From positions 32,001 through 96,000 of the forward strand of contig JAPLDX010000058.1 in the NCBI GenBank assembly GCA_026391215.1: a stretch of 64,000 nucleotides of DNA, in the 5' to 3' direction. The translations under genes and the position numbers were made by a program. Of the stretch, positions 29,654 through 40,900 are shown one piece after another. Numbering within the stretch: the first letter of the stretch is position 1; each line of letters begins with the position of its first letter. This DNA comes from Bacteroidia bacterium. GTDB lineage: Bacteria > Bacteroidota > Bacteroidia > Bacteroidales > VadinHA17. The notes under the pieces are model-generated. The model was not told the DNA's origin. It worked only from the letters and a program-made list of their open reading frames with translations, and made no database searches.

Positions 29654-30400
29654 ATGGCTTTAAGGCAAAAGATAGGTAATAATAAGCTGCCTGTACATAT
29701 TGCAATTATTATGGACGGGAATGGAAGGTGGGCTTCCCAGCATGGAATGGATAGGATCTTCGGGCATCAGAAGGGTGTTGAATCCGTCAGGAATGTCATT
29801 GAGGCCGCTGCTGAAATTGGTATTAAATACCTTACACTCTATGCTTTTTCTACTGAAAACTGGGGAAGGCCTGATGAAGAGATATCAGCTTTGATGAGTA
29901 TAATGATTCAATCACTTAATGATGAGACTGCCACAATGGTGAAGAATAATGTCAGGATGACTGCCATCGGCGATTTCAGCAGGCTTGCAGAAGATGTCAG
30001 GGGAAGATTGTATGAAACTATTAATCAGACTTCAGGTTCAACAGGCTTAAATCTGATAGTGGCGCTCAGTTACAGCTCCAGGTGGGAAATAACAGAAGCT
30101 GTAAGGAAAATTGCCCGTGAAGTTTATGCCGGGAAACTGAATCCGGAGGCTATAGATGATGCAGTATTTGAAAAGTACCTCTGCACCGAAGGAATTCCTG
30201 ATCCCGATCTGTTAATCAGGACCAGCGGCGAATTACGGATTAGCAATTTTCTTTTATGGCAGATGGCTTACTCTGAATTGTACTTTACAAATAAACTTTG
30301 GCCTGATTTTGGTAAGGAAGATTTCTATGATGCTATAATAGACTTCCAGAAAAGAGAACGAAGATTTGGAAAAACGAGCGAACAGGCTCTGGAAAAATAA
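29654..30400 (+). CDS. uppS: Undecaprenyl diphosphate synthase (start corrected)
   Basis: HIAIIMDGNGRWA, YAFSTENW, IRTSGELRISNFLLWQ. Confidence 0.97.
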   Translation: MALRQKIGNNKLPVHIAIIMDGNGRWASQHGMDRIFGHQKGVESVRNVIEAAAEIGIKYLTLYAFSTENWGRPDEEISALMSIMIQSLNDETATMVKNNVRMTAIGDFSRLAEDVRGRLYETINQTSGSTGLNLIVALSYSSRWEITEAVRKIAREVYAGKLNPEAIDDAVFEKYLCTEGIPDPDLLIRTSGELRISNFLLWQMAYSELYFTNKLWPDFGKEDFYDAIIDFQKRERRFGKTSEQALEK

Positions 30401-30404
30401 TGAA

Positions 30405-32939
30405 ATGATGTTGTTCAGAAAATTAAAACGGAATGTTGTAGCAGCTCTTCTGATTCTGATGAGCACTTCAATGTATGCTCAGGAAAAACAGGAGATATTT
30501 GATTATATGACACAGGATGATTATATAGTTGGAGGTGTTTCTGTTTCAGGGATAAGGTACCTGGATATCAATGCTCTCATTGGGATATCAGGTTTAAGGG
30601 TAGGACAGGAGATTACCGTCCCGGGTGATATTGTATCAAATGCAGCAAAGAAATTATGGCAGCAGGGATTGTTTTCAGATGTAAGGATAACAATTGACAG
30701 GATACAATCCGATACTGTTTTCCTGGATATTTATCTGCAGGAACGACCCAGAATATCTTCCATAAAGTTCAACGGAATAAGAACATCTGAAACACAGGAT
30801 ATTGTCGACAAGATAAACCTCCCTGTCGGATCACAGCTTACGTCTTATATTCTTACAACTACGTCAAAAATAATCAGGGATCATTATATTGAAAAAGGTT
30901 TCCTGAATACTACTGTGGAATTTGTCCGGAAAGATGATCCCGATCTGCCGAATAACGTGATACTTAATATCAATGTTGATAAAAAGGAAAGAGTAAAAAT
31001 CGAAGAATTCAGCTTTGCGGGCAATGAAAATTTCGACGCCAAAAAGCTCCGCCGGCAGATGAAAGGTACTAAGCAAAGGAACCTTAACTTCTTCAAAGCT
31101 TCAAAATATATCGGTGAGAAATATGAAGAGGACAAGGAGAAGCTGAAGACATTCTATAATGACAATGGATTCAAGGATTTCACCATCCTTTCTGATTCAC
31201 TTTACAATATTTCTGAAGATCGTGTGGGTCTGCTTATAAAGGTTGATGAAGGGGATCAGTATTTCCTGAGGAACGTAGACTGGGTTGGCAACAGTGTTTA
31301 CAGGAAAGAGGATCTTGACAAGAAATTCAACGTCGCAAAGGGATCAGTTTATAATCAGTCTCTTATATATGACAGGCTTACTGGTGCAAGCGGAGCAGAG
31401 GATGCAGTAAACAATCTTTACCTCGATTTTGGTTACCTTTTCTCACAGGTAGTGCCTGTTGAAGCTAAGGTTGAGGGGGATTCAGTTGATCTGGAAATAA
31501 GAATATATGAAGGGGATCAGGCATATATCAACGATGTAATGATAACGGGGAACACACGCACCAATGAACATATTGCAAGGCGTGAACTCTATACCCTCCC
31601 GGGAGATCTCTTCAGCAAGGAACTGATTATCAGGTCTATACGTCAGTTGGGTGTTCTTGGCCATTTCGACCCTGAAAAAATCAATCCTACTCCGCTTCCT
31701 GATCCTGTGAACGGGACAGTTGATCTTTTATACAAACTAGAAGAGAAAGCGAACGATCAGTTTGAAGTTTCAGGAGGCTGGGGAGCAGGTATGCTCGTGG
31801 GAACTGTAGGAGTTCGATTCAGCAATTTTGCAATGCGCAATTTCTTCAAGCTGAATGAATGGAAGCCTTATCCTTCGGGCGATGGCCAATCCCTGAGCAT
31901 CAGGGCTCAGTCGAACGGACATTTTTATCAATCATATAATGTATCTTTTGTCGAGCCATGGCTTGGCGGCAGTAAACCCAATACTTTCTCTGTTTCACTA
32001 TACAGATCAAAGCTATCCGGCAGCCAGAAAAAGGGTGAAGATGGATATCAGGCAATGATAATTGACGGAGCTTCCATTGGTCTGGGTAAAAGGCTTGAAT
32101 GGCCCGATGACTTTTTCTCAATTTACGGAGAATTAAGTTACCAGAGGTATAATATGAATAACTTCTCTCAATATGATTTTCTTTTTCAGAATGGCAAGTC
32201 AAATCTCATGAGCCTGACAGGACGACTGCAACGATTCTCCACGAGCCCGAACCTTATTTACCCGAGAAGCGGATCATCTTTTACATTGTCGCTCCAGGTA
32301 ACTCCGCCTTATTCGCTTATAAGCGGGAAAGATATGACTGGTGTCTCTGATACGGTAAAATACAAATGGATCGAGTTCCATAAATGGCTGTTTAGAGCAG
32401 ATTATTATTTCCCTCTGGACAAAGATGATAAGCTTGTATTAAATACACGTTTTTCATTCGGTTACCTCGGACATTATAACAATGATATAGGACCTTCTCC
32501 TTTTGAGAGCTTTACTGTAGGTGGTGATGGTATGAACAATTATCAGTTGTATGGCCGTGAGGTTATTTCTCTCAGGGGTTATTCTTCAGGCAACGGAGGA
32601 GTCGGATCGCTTACACCTATTGATCATGTAACCGGGTCCCCGGCAGGTAACGTTTATTCAAAAATAACTATGGAACTCAGATACCCTATATCTTTAAATC
32701 CACAGGCAACTATTTATGCCCTTGCTTTTCTGGAAGCAGGAAGAGCATGGACCACCCTGAAGGAATATAATCCTTTTAAAATGTGCCGGGCAGCAGGCTT
32801 CGGCCTCAGAGCCAATCTCCCCATGTTCGGACTGCTTGGAATAGACTGGGGATATGGATTTGATCAGGTACCTGATCCAACTAGTTTCCCAAATGCTAAT
32901 AAATCACAATTCCATTTTGTAATAGGTCAACAATTTTAA
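30405..32939 (+). CDS. bamA: Outer membrane protein assembly factor BamA
   Basis: POTRA repeats, GNTRT, LRGY motif, C-terminal FHFVIGQQF. Confidence 0.96.
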   Translation: MMLFRKLKRNVVAALLILMSTSMYAQEKQEIFDYMTQDDYIVGGVSVSGIRYLDINALIGISGLRVGQEITVPGDIVSNAAKKLWQQGLFSDVRITIDRIQSDTVFLDIYLQERPRISSIKFNGIRTSETQDIVDKINLPVGSQLTSYILTTTSKIIRDHYIEKGFLNTTVEFVRKDDPDLPNNVILNINVDKKERVKIEEFSFAGNENFDAKKLRRQMKGTKQRNLNFFKASKYIGEKYEEDKEKLKTFYNDNGFKDFTILSDSLYNISEDRVGLLIKVDEGDQYFLRNVDWVGNSVYRKEDLDKKFNVAKGSVYNQSLIYDRLTGASGAEDAVNNLYLDFGYLFSQVVPVEAKVEGDSVDLEIRIYEGDQAYINDVMITGNTRTNEHIARRELYTLPGDLFSKELIIRSIRQLGVLGHFDPEKINPTPLPDPVNGTVDLLYKLEEKANDQFEVSGGWGAGMLVGTVGVRFSNFAMRNFFKLNEWKPYPSGDGQSLSIRAQSNGHFYQSYNVSFVEPWLGGSKPNTFSVSLYRSKLSGSQKKGEDGYQAMIIDGASIGLGKRLEWPDDFFSIYGELSYQRYNMNNFSQYDFLFQNGKSNLMSLTGRLQRFSTSPNLIYPRSGSSFTLSLQVTPPYSLISGKDMTGVSDTVKYKWIEFHKWLFRADYYFPLDKDDKLVLNTRFSFGYLGHYNNDIGPSPFESFTVGGDGMNNYQLYGREVISLRGYSSGNGGVGSLTPIDHVTGSPAGNVYSKITMELRYPISLNPQATIYALAFLEAGRAWTTLKEYNPFKMCRAAGFGLRANLPMFGLLGIDWGYGFDQVPDPTSFPNANKSQFHFVIGQQF

Positions 32940-32961
32940 AAATGTGCGTAATAATTAAAGT

Positions 32962-33477
32962 ATGAAAAGAATAGCAGTTTTAACAGTGATAATGATTCTG
33001 ACGTCAGCCATGGCTGTAGCTCAGAAATATGCTTTTGTTGATTCTGATTATATCAGAAAGAACATTCCGGCATTTACGACAGCGCAGGAGCAGCTTGACA
33101 AACTCTCAGAGCAATGGGAGAAAGAAGTTGCCGATGGTTATGCTGTTGTTGAACAGATGTATAAGTCATATCAGAATGAGGCAGTGCTTCTTTCCCAGGA
33201 TATGAAAACTAAAAGGGAAGAAGCCATCATTGCCAAGGAAAAGGAAATGAAAGAGCTTCAGAATAAATATTTCGGTATGGAAGGTGATCTGTTCAAAAAA
33301 AGAGAAGAGCTTGTGAAACCCATACAGGATGAAATATTGAAGGCAATAAAGGACATTGCTGTCGAAGGCAGCTATGCGGTAATTTTCGATACTGCTGCCG
33401 GAGGAAATATCCTGTTCGCTAATCCCAAGTTTGACATCAGCGATCAGGTCCTTGAAAAATTAGGTTATAACAATTAA
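32962..33477 (+). CDS. ompH: OmpH/Skp periplasmic chaperone
   Basis: Signal peptide, YAFVD, coiled coil, DISDQVL. Confidence 0.92.
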   Translation: MKRIAVLTVIMILTSAMAVAQKYAFVDSDYIRKNIPAFTTAQEQLDKLSEQWEKEVADGYAVVEQMYKSYQNEAVLLSQDMKTKREEAIIAKEKEMKELQNKYFGMEGDLFKKREELVKPIQDEILKAIKDIAVEGSYAVIFDTAAGGNILFANPKFDISDQVLEKLGYNN

Positions 33478-33522
33478 ATAGTTACTTTTGCATAAAATAA
33501 ATAATAAATAAAATTATCTGTA

Positions 33523-34035
33523 ATGAAAAGATTTATAGGAATTGCAGCCCTTGCTATCCTTATTACAACTGCCGGTTATTCACAAAACCTGAAATTCGGA
33601 CATATAAACAGCGACGAACTTATCCAGGCTATGCCTGAATTTGATTCTGCTAATGTAAAACTTGAAAATTTACGTCAGGAACTCGTTAATGCACTCGAAC
33701 TTATGACGGTTGAGCTTAATAATAAAAGTGATGCATATAATAAGGAAAGCAAAAACCTTACCGAAATTGTAAGGCAAACCAAGGAACAGGAACTTATTGA
33801 CCTGAACAAAAGAATTCAGGATTTCCAGACAAGTGCCCAGGAACAGCTTCAGAATAAGCAGGTTGAACTGTTCCAGCCCATCTATACCAAGGTTGATAAA
33901 GCCATCAAGGATGTTGGCAAGGAGAATGGATTCATATACGTGTTCGACGTAGCTAAAGGCTCACTTCTCTATTTTGATGAAGCAAAAAGCGTAAATATAA
34001 CGGCTTTGACTAAGACAAAACTTGGACTAAAATAG
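33523..34035 (+). CDS. ompH: OmpH/Skp periplasmic chaperone (second paralog)
   Basis: KFGHINS, FQPIY...YVFD. Confidence 0.92.
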   Translation: MKRFIGIAALAILITTAGYSQNLKFGHINSDELIQAMPEFDSANVKLENLRQELVNALELMTVELNNKSDAYNKESKNLTEIVRQTKEQELIDLNKRIQDFQTSAQEQLQNKQVELFQPIYTKVDKAIKDVGKENGFIYVFDVAKGSLLYFDEAKSVNITALTKTKLGLK

Positions 34036-34052
34036 TCGGAAGAAATTACACC

Positions 34053-34085
34053 AATGACCATCCTGTACGGGATGGTCATTTTTTT
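34053..34085 (+). terminator. Intrinsic terminator
   Basis: AATGACCATCC-loop-GGATGGTCATT followed by a T run. Confidence 0.8.
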
Positions 34086-34098
34086 ATAATTTAATAAA

Positions 34099-34899
34099 GT
34101 GAAAAGACAGCCTATCGGGATTTTTGATTCCGGCGTCGGAGGCCTTACTGTTGCACATGCTATAAAGCAGATTCTGCCGGGTGAGAGCCTGATTTATTTT
34201 GGTGATACCGCCCACCTTCCATACGGAGACAAATCAGCAGAAGCTATTAAATATTACTCGCACAAAATAACCGAATTCCTTCTTGAACATGATTCAAAGG
34301 TTATTCTTATTGCATGTAATTCCGCATCAGCATCAGCTTTTGATTCCTTAAAGAAAGAGTTTAACGATAAGACTATAATCATTGATGTTATCGATCCTGT
34401 AGTAGAATATATTGGCACCAGGGACTTTAAAAAAATTGGTGTCATTGGTACAAAGAGGACAATAAGCTCAGGAACTTATGAATCAAAGCTTAAGGAAATA
34501 TCTCCTTCAACAGCTGTGGTATCTCTTGCAACCCCGCTCCTGGTACCCATGATAGAGGAGGGTTTTATCTTCGATGATATCAGCAATGCAATTATCCGTG
34601 CATATTTGTCGGATCAGTCCTTGTCAGGCATTCAGGCTTTAATACTTGGATGCACGCATTATCCGATAATTAAAAATCAGATAAGCAAGATCTTTAATTT
34701 TAATGTGGAAGTAGTCGATTCGGCAAAAATAGTAGCTGGAATATTGAGAGATGTACTCGAGAAGAAAGATCTGCTCAATGACTCGGGTAAGGTAACAGAC
34801 ATGTTTTTTGTTTCCGACTATACCACCTATTTTGAAAAGATAGCAAAGATGTTCTTCGAAGGTGATATAAACCTGAAAAAAGCTGATATTTGGAATTAA
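34099..34899 (+). CDS. murI: Glutamate racemase
   Basis: FDSGVGGLTV, PYGDK, ACNSA, LGCTHYP. Confidence 0.97.
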   Translation: MKRQPIGIFDSGVGGLTVAHAIKQILPGESLIYFGDTAHLPYGDKSAEAIKYYSHKITEFLLEHDSKVILIACNSASASAFDSLKKEFNDKTIIIDVIDPVVEYIGTRDFKKIGVIGTKRTISSGTYESKLKEISPSTAVVSLATPLLVPMIEEGFIFDDISNAIIRAYLSDQSLSGIQALILGCTHYPIIKNQISKIFNFNVEVVDSAKIVAGILRDVLEKKDLLNDSGKVTDMFFVSDYTTYFEKIAKMFFEGDINLKKADIWN

Positions 34900-34927
34900 A
34901 CCTCATATTTAATACTAAAGATTCATC

Positions 34928-36772
34928 ATGATTAAAAATTCACAGGCTATTAAAAGAGAAGAGGTAGTGATACGTTTTTCGGGTGATTCAGGTGATGGCA
35001 TGCAGCTTACAGGAACTCTTTTTTCCGATACGGCTGCCCTGTACGGTAATGATCTGTCTACATTTCCGGATTATCCGGCAGAGATCCGTGCACCCCAGGG
35101 AACTGTAGGTGGGGTGTCAGGCTTCCAGGTTCATCTTGGTCATTCAGAGATAAATACTCCGGGAGATTATGCCGATGTCCTTGTAGCTATGAATCCGGCT
35201 GCCGTTAAAGCAAATATATTGTGGGTCAAACCAGGTGGCACAATAATATTTGATAAGGATAATTTCACTGAAAAGAATCTTGAAAAGGCCGGATATAAAA
35301 GCGATCCAGTCAAAGAAGAAAAGCTTGAAACATATAATGTCATAGCTGCACCCATTTCATCAATGGTTAAGGAAGCATTAAAGGATTTCGGATTTGAGCC
35401 GAAATCAGTGCTGAGAACAAAGAATATGTTCGCACTGGGAATGGTCTACTGGCTCTTTAACAGAAAGCTTAAATATACAGAGCAGTATTTTGAAAAGAAA
35501 TTTCAGAATAAGCCAGAAATGATCGAAGCCAACAAAGTTGCATTAAGGGCAGGTTATTATTATGCTGAAACAATAGAAGCATTAAATCCTGTTTTTATAA
35601 TAGAACCGGCCGAGATCGCAAAGGGCACATACAGAAATATCTGCGGGAATGTGGCCACTGCATGGGGTTTTATAGCTGCGGCTGAAAAAGCAGGGTTGAA
35701 ACTCTACATAGGATCCTACCCGATAACTCCGGCTTCAGGCATACTTGAGGAGCTTGCTGCGCGCAAAGACCTGGGTGTTAAAACCTTCCAGGCTGAAGAT
35801 GAGATCGCAGGAATCTGTACTGCCCTGGGAGCCAGCTTTGCAGGCAACCTTGCCATCACTTCCACATCAGGTCCCGGACTTGCTCTGAAATCAGAAGCTA
35901 TAGGCCTTGCAGTTATGGCAGAGCTGCCGATCGTTATTGTCAATGTTCAGAGAGGAGGTCCCTCCACCGGTCTGCCTACAAAAACAGAACAGGCTGACCT
36001 GATGCAGGCTCTTTACGGCAGAAACGGCGAATGCCCGGTTGTGGTTATTGCAGCAAGCACGCCCTCCGACTGTTTTCATTACGCTTTTGAAGCATCAAGG
36101 ATTGCCCTGGAACACATGACCCCTGTCCTGCTCCTTACAGATGGTTATCTGGCAAATGGAACTGAGCCATGGAAAATCCCTGAAATGTCTGAATTACCGG
36201 AAATCAAGCCTCCTAATGCAGATAAAAAAGAAATACCATTCCTGCCGTATAAACGAAATTGCGAAACGCTTGTCCGCTCCTGGGCAATTCCGGGAACACC
36301 CGGACTTGAACACAGGATTGGCGGACTTGAAAAAACACTCAAGGGGACAGTTTCGTATGTTCCTGAAAACCACGAGATGATGGTCAGGCTGAGAGCAGAA
36401 AAGGTGGCGAAGGTGGCCGATTCAATTCCTGATCTTGAGGTACATGGCGAGGCGTCAGGCGACCTGCTTATTGTTGGGTGGGGTGGTACGCGCGGCTACC
36501 TGATGACTGCTGTCCGTGAATTGCAGACAGATGGCTTTAAAGTCAGCTTTGCTCATTTCAACTATATTAATCCTTTACCTAAGAATACAGAAGAAATCTT
36601 CAAAAAATTCAAACAAATAGTTGTGGCAGAGCTTAATATGGGGCAGTTTGCTGATTACCTCAGGATGAATTTCCCTGAATTTAAATATGAGCAGATCAAC
36701 AAGATTCAGGGACTCCCGTTCACTATCAAAGAGATAAAAGACAAATGCATTAAAATGCTGGAGGGCAATTAA
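34928..36772 (+). CDS. korA: 2-oxoacid:ferredoxin oxidoreductase alpha (gamma-alpha fusion)
   Basis: GDSGDGMQ, YPAEIRAP, YPITPA, QAEDEIA, QRGGPSTG. Confidence 0.93.
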   Translation: MIKNSQAIKREEVVIRFSGDSGDGMQLTGTLFSDTAALYGNDLSTFPDYPAEIRAPQGTVGGVSGFQVHLGHSEINTPGDYADVLVAMNPAAVKANILWVKPGGTIIFDKDNFTEKNLEKAGYKSDPVKEEKLETYNVIAAPISSMVKEALKDFGFEPKSVLRTKNMFALGMVYWLFNRKLKYTEQYFEKKFQNKPEMIEANKVALRAGYYYAETIEALNPVFIIEPAEIAKGTYRNICGNVATAWGFIAAAEKAGLKLYIGSYPITPASGILEELAARKDLGVKTFQAEDEIAGICTALGASFAGNLAITSTSGPGLALKSEAIGLAVMAELPIVIVNVQRGGPSTGLPTKTEQADLMQALYGRNGECPVVVIAASTPSDCFHYAFEASRIALEHMTPVLLLTDGYLANGTEPWKIPEMSELPEIKPPNADKKEIPFLPYKRNCETLVRSWAIPGTPGLEHRIGGLEKTLKGTVSYVPENHEMMVRLRAEKVAKVADSIPDLEVHGEASGDLLIVGWGGTRGYLMTAVRELQTDGFKVSFAHFNYINPLPKNTEEIFKKFKQIVVAELNMGQFADYLRMNFPEFKYEQINKIQGLPFTIKEIKDKCIKMLEGN

Positions 36773-36773
36773 G

Positions 36774-37796
36774 ATGGCAGAAACACAGACTTATAATTAT
36801 GCTCCGAAAGACTTTAAATCGGATCAGGAAGTGAGATGGTGCCCGGGCTGCGGTGATCACGCAGTACTGAATGCTGTCCAGAAAGCCCTGACGGAGCTTG
36901 GTATTCCTAAAGAGAAATTCGTCTTCATATCAGGGATTGGCTGCTCCTCAAGATTCCCTTATTATATGAATACTTACGGATTTCACAGTATTCATGGCCG
37001 GGCATCAGCCATTGCCTCCGGAGTGAAAATAGCTAATCCGGACCTTTCGGTCTGGCAGATTACAGGCGACGGAGATGCACTTGCCATTGGCGGCAATCAC
37101 TTCATCCATGCTGTAAGGCGTAATGTTGATCTTAACATTATCTTGTTTAATAATGAAATTTATGGACTTACAAAAGGACAGTATTCCCCTACTTCGAAAA
37201 GAGGACTGATTACAAAAACATCGCCGTTTGGAACTGTGGAAGAACCATTTTCGGTCGGTGAGCTTGTTATAGGAGCCAAAGGCAAATTCTTCGCCCGTAC
37301 TGTGGATGCAAATGTCACACTGTCAACGCAGATTTATATAGAAGCCGCAAAACATAAGGGAGCTTCAGTTATCGAAGTACTCCAGAACTGTGTAATCTTT
37401 AATGATAGTGTCCATGAGACTGTAACTGGCAGGGAAGTAAGGGACGACAGGACCATCATCCTTAAGCATGGTGAACCGATGATATTCGGCAAAGACCACG
37501 ATAAGGGACTTGTGCTTGACGGACTAAAGCTGAAAGTCGTGAAGCTGGGAGAAAATGGCGTCTCGGAAAATAACCTTATTGTTCATGATGCTTTTGAATC
37601 AAATCCCGGGATCCAGTACATGCTGGCAAATATGAGATATCCCGAATATCCTGTAGCCCTGGGAGTTATCAGGTCTGTCCCTGGTCATACCTACGAAAAT
37701 GATGTGGCTGAGCAGATCAGTACCGTCCAGAAAGATGCAAAAATAAAATGCATGGATGATCTGCTTAAAAGCGGCAACACCTGGAAAGTCGAGTAA
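36774..37796 (+). CDS. korB: 2-oxoacid:ferredoxin oxidoreductase beta
   Basis: WCPGCG, SGIGCS, HGRA, TPP motif GDGD...NNEIYGLTKGQ. Confidence 0.93.
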   Translation: MAETQTYNYAPKDFKSDQEVRWCPGCGDHAVLNAVQKALTELGIPKEKFVFISGIGCSSRFPYYMNTYGFHSIHGRASAIASGVKIANPDLSVWQITGDGDALAIGGNHFIHAVRRNVDLNIILFNNEIYGLTKGQYSPTSKRGLITKTSPFGTVEEPFSVGELVIGAKGKFFARTVDANVTLSTQIYIEAAKHKGASVIEVLQNCVIFNDSVHETVTGREVRDDRTIILKHGEPMIFGKDHDKGLVLDGLKLKVVKLGENGVSENNLIVHDAFESNPGIQYMLANMRYPEYPVALGVIRSVPGHTYENDVAEQISTVQKDAKIKCMDDLLKSGNTWKVE

Positions 37797-37803
37797 GCGG
37801 AAT

Positions 37804-37852
37804 GACCCTCTCCCGCTAAAGCTGGATCCCCCCTTCAGGGGGGTGGGGGGTC
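37804..37852. repeat. REP-like GC-rich multi-hairpin element
   Basis: Core CCCCCTTCAGGGGG within GACCCTC...GGGGGGTC. Confidence 0.6.
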
Positions 37853-37915
37853 TTCCCTGATGCCAGCGGTGATTCCCATTAATTTTACTAATTTTATCTC
37901 CTGTTTTTCGGCAAA

Positions 37916-40900
37916 ATGGAAGATAATAATCATATTAATCCTGAATTTAAAAAGCTGCTTCACGACCAGCAGGAACGCCTCAAGGAGCTGGGATGTATCA
38001 ATCAGACAACTTATATTCTCAAGGAGGGCAAACCTATTGAAGAGACTCTTCAGCAGATCGTATTACTTCTGCCTGCAGCATGGCAGTATCCCGAATATAC
38101 CTCTGCGAGGATAAAATTCATGGGAAAAACATTTGAAACACCTGATTTTCAGGAGTCTACATGGAAAATGATACAGGATTTCAATACCCTTGACGATGAA
38201 AAGGGAACCATTGAGATCTTTTATATAAGGGAATTTACATTGGAAAAAGAGGGTCCGTTCATGAAAGAAGAAAGGGACCTTATCCGGAACATAGCCAGCC
38301 TGATTACCGGTTATATAAACAGCTACAAAGCCCGTGATTTCATACGATTGACCAAACCTGACAAAGAAGAAGATGTTGACCTTAAGAATATTTCGAACAG
38401 AAAACTATTACAGAAGTTTCTTGAACGGCACAATGCAGAACGTGATGTTTTTCATGATCTGCAACTTTTTAAAGTTAAGGAGATACTTCTTGTAGCAAAC
38501 CTTTATGACGCTTATTCAATTGAAGGGGAAGGCCGGTTTGCTGACCATATACTTGGGGAATACTACCAGCTCAGCCTCACTTCCCTTCCGAGGGTAACTG
38601 GTGTTTCAAGCGAGGAAGAAGCATTCAATAAGCTGAAATCCAGGCATTATGACATGATCATTATCATGATAGGGATTCACAAGGAGAGCCCAATGATTAC
38701 GTGTAAAAAGATCAAGGATAAGTATCCTTATATGCCGACATTCCTTCTTCTTAATAATCCTGACGATGTTCCTTTTGTCAGAAAACAAAAAAGCTCAGGA
38801 ATACCTTTCGATAATTATTTTGTATGGACAGGTGAATCAAAGGTATTCTTTGCCATGGTCAAGCTTCTTGAAGATAAGGTGAATGTGGATAATGATACAA
38901 AAAAAGGTCTTGTCCGGGTCATTCTTATTGTCGAAGATTCAGCCGCATATTACTCAAGCTACCTTCCGATGCTTTATACGCTTGTACTTGAACAGACAAG
39001 GAACCTGATAGAGGATGTTTCCACTGACGCACTATATAAGGTTTTAAGGCTCAGGGCAAGACCAAAAATACTTCTGACTTCAAATTGGGAGGATGCAATA
39101 ACCATATACAATAAATACAAAGATAGCCTCCTGTGTGTGATTTCAGATATGCGATTCCCAAGGAACGGGGTAATGCATGAGACAGCAGGATATGAACTTA
39201 TTCAGCAAATAAAGATGGATCTGCCTAACCTGCCGACTGTGCTTCAGTCAGCGGATGCAGATAATGCAAGATATGCCTATACCCTGAAATCCAATTTTAT
39301 AAATAAGAATTCGGAAAGCCTCCTGCAGGACCTGAAATCATTTATAAATTATTACCTGGGCTTTGGGCATTTCGTATACAGGGATGACAAAGGAAGGCAG
39401 ATAGCCGTGGCAAAATCCATGAAAGAATTTGAGACATACCTTGAAACAGTGCCTGAGGATTCGTTGGCATATCATGCAATGAAAAATCACTTTTCCCTGT
39501 GGCTTATGGCAAGAGGTGAAGTTAAGATTGCCAAGCTGATTAACCCAATAAAAGCTACAGATTTCCAGAGTCTTAAGGAGTTGAGGGCATTTCTCCTGAA
39601 TATTATCCGCAAACGCAGACGCGAGATGAACAAGGGTCGTGTAGTAAATTTTGAAGAATCTGTTGTTATAGATGAAACCAACGTAGTGAGTCTTGCAGGT
39701 GGTTCGCTGGGAGGCAAGGGCAGGGGTCTGGCATTTATTAACACCCTCATCTACAGCTTTGAACTTGGACGACTTCTTCCGGGTATTAATATCAAAGCAC
39801 CGGTTACCGGAATAATCGGGACAGATGAATTTGATATGTTCATGGAACGCAATCATCTCTGGGACAGCGTAAAGGAAGAGAAAGCTTTTTCAGTTCTTCA
39901 AAAGATCTTCCTGAAAGCCAACCTGAGCTATACACTTGAGAAAAAACTCAGAACACTGCTGAAGCAGACGGAAAAACCTCTCGCTGTAAGATCATCAAGC
40001 CTTTTCGAGGATTCAATGAGCCAGCCTTTCTCAGGTGTGTTCGGAACATATCTTCTCCCGAATAATCATAGTGATTTTGATATCAGACTCAGACAGTTAT
40101 CTGATGCCATCAAGCTGGTTTTCTGTTCTATTTATTCGAGAAACGCACGAACATATTTTGAGGCTATAAATTATAAGATAGAAAATGAAAAAATGGCTGT
40201 AGTCCTTCAGGAGGTCGTGGGGAACAGGTTTGAAGATGCTTATTACCCACATATAAGCGGAACAGCGCAGTCTTATAATTTCTATCCTGTCGCCCATATG
40301 ACACCCCAGGATGGCTTTGCAGTAATGGCAGTCGGCCTTGGACATTATGTTGTTGAAGGAGAAAAAGCATTCAGATTCTCTCCGGCATACCCTTCGCTTG
40401 ATATCCTTTCACTTAATGACCTCTATGAAAACTCGCAGGTTCATTTCTATGCTGTTGATATGGCAAAAAAAGATCTGAATCTTTTGGAGGGTGAAAATGC
40501 GGGACTTGTATCCCTCGATATCAGCAAATCTGAAATGCATGGCACGCTGAATCATTCAGCTTCAGTACTTAATCCGGACAATGATACTCTGGTCCCCGGT
40601 CTTGAAATACCCGGCCCCCGTGTCGTGAATTTTGCTAATATACTGAAATACAATTATATCCCTCTTGCATCAACAATCAGAACAATCCTGGATGTCGTAA
40701 CAGAAGCTACGGGCAATCCTTCGGAAATAGAGTTTGCTTTGGACCTCACAAAAGACAAGGACGGGAATGCTTCTTTTTATCTTCTTCAGATAAAGCCCCT
40801 TATCGGAACTATAGCCGGATATAGTATTGATCCTGAAAGTATTGACAAAAATGACCTGATTCTCAAAACGGGAAAAAGCATGGGGAACGGGATTATTGAT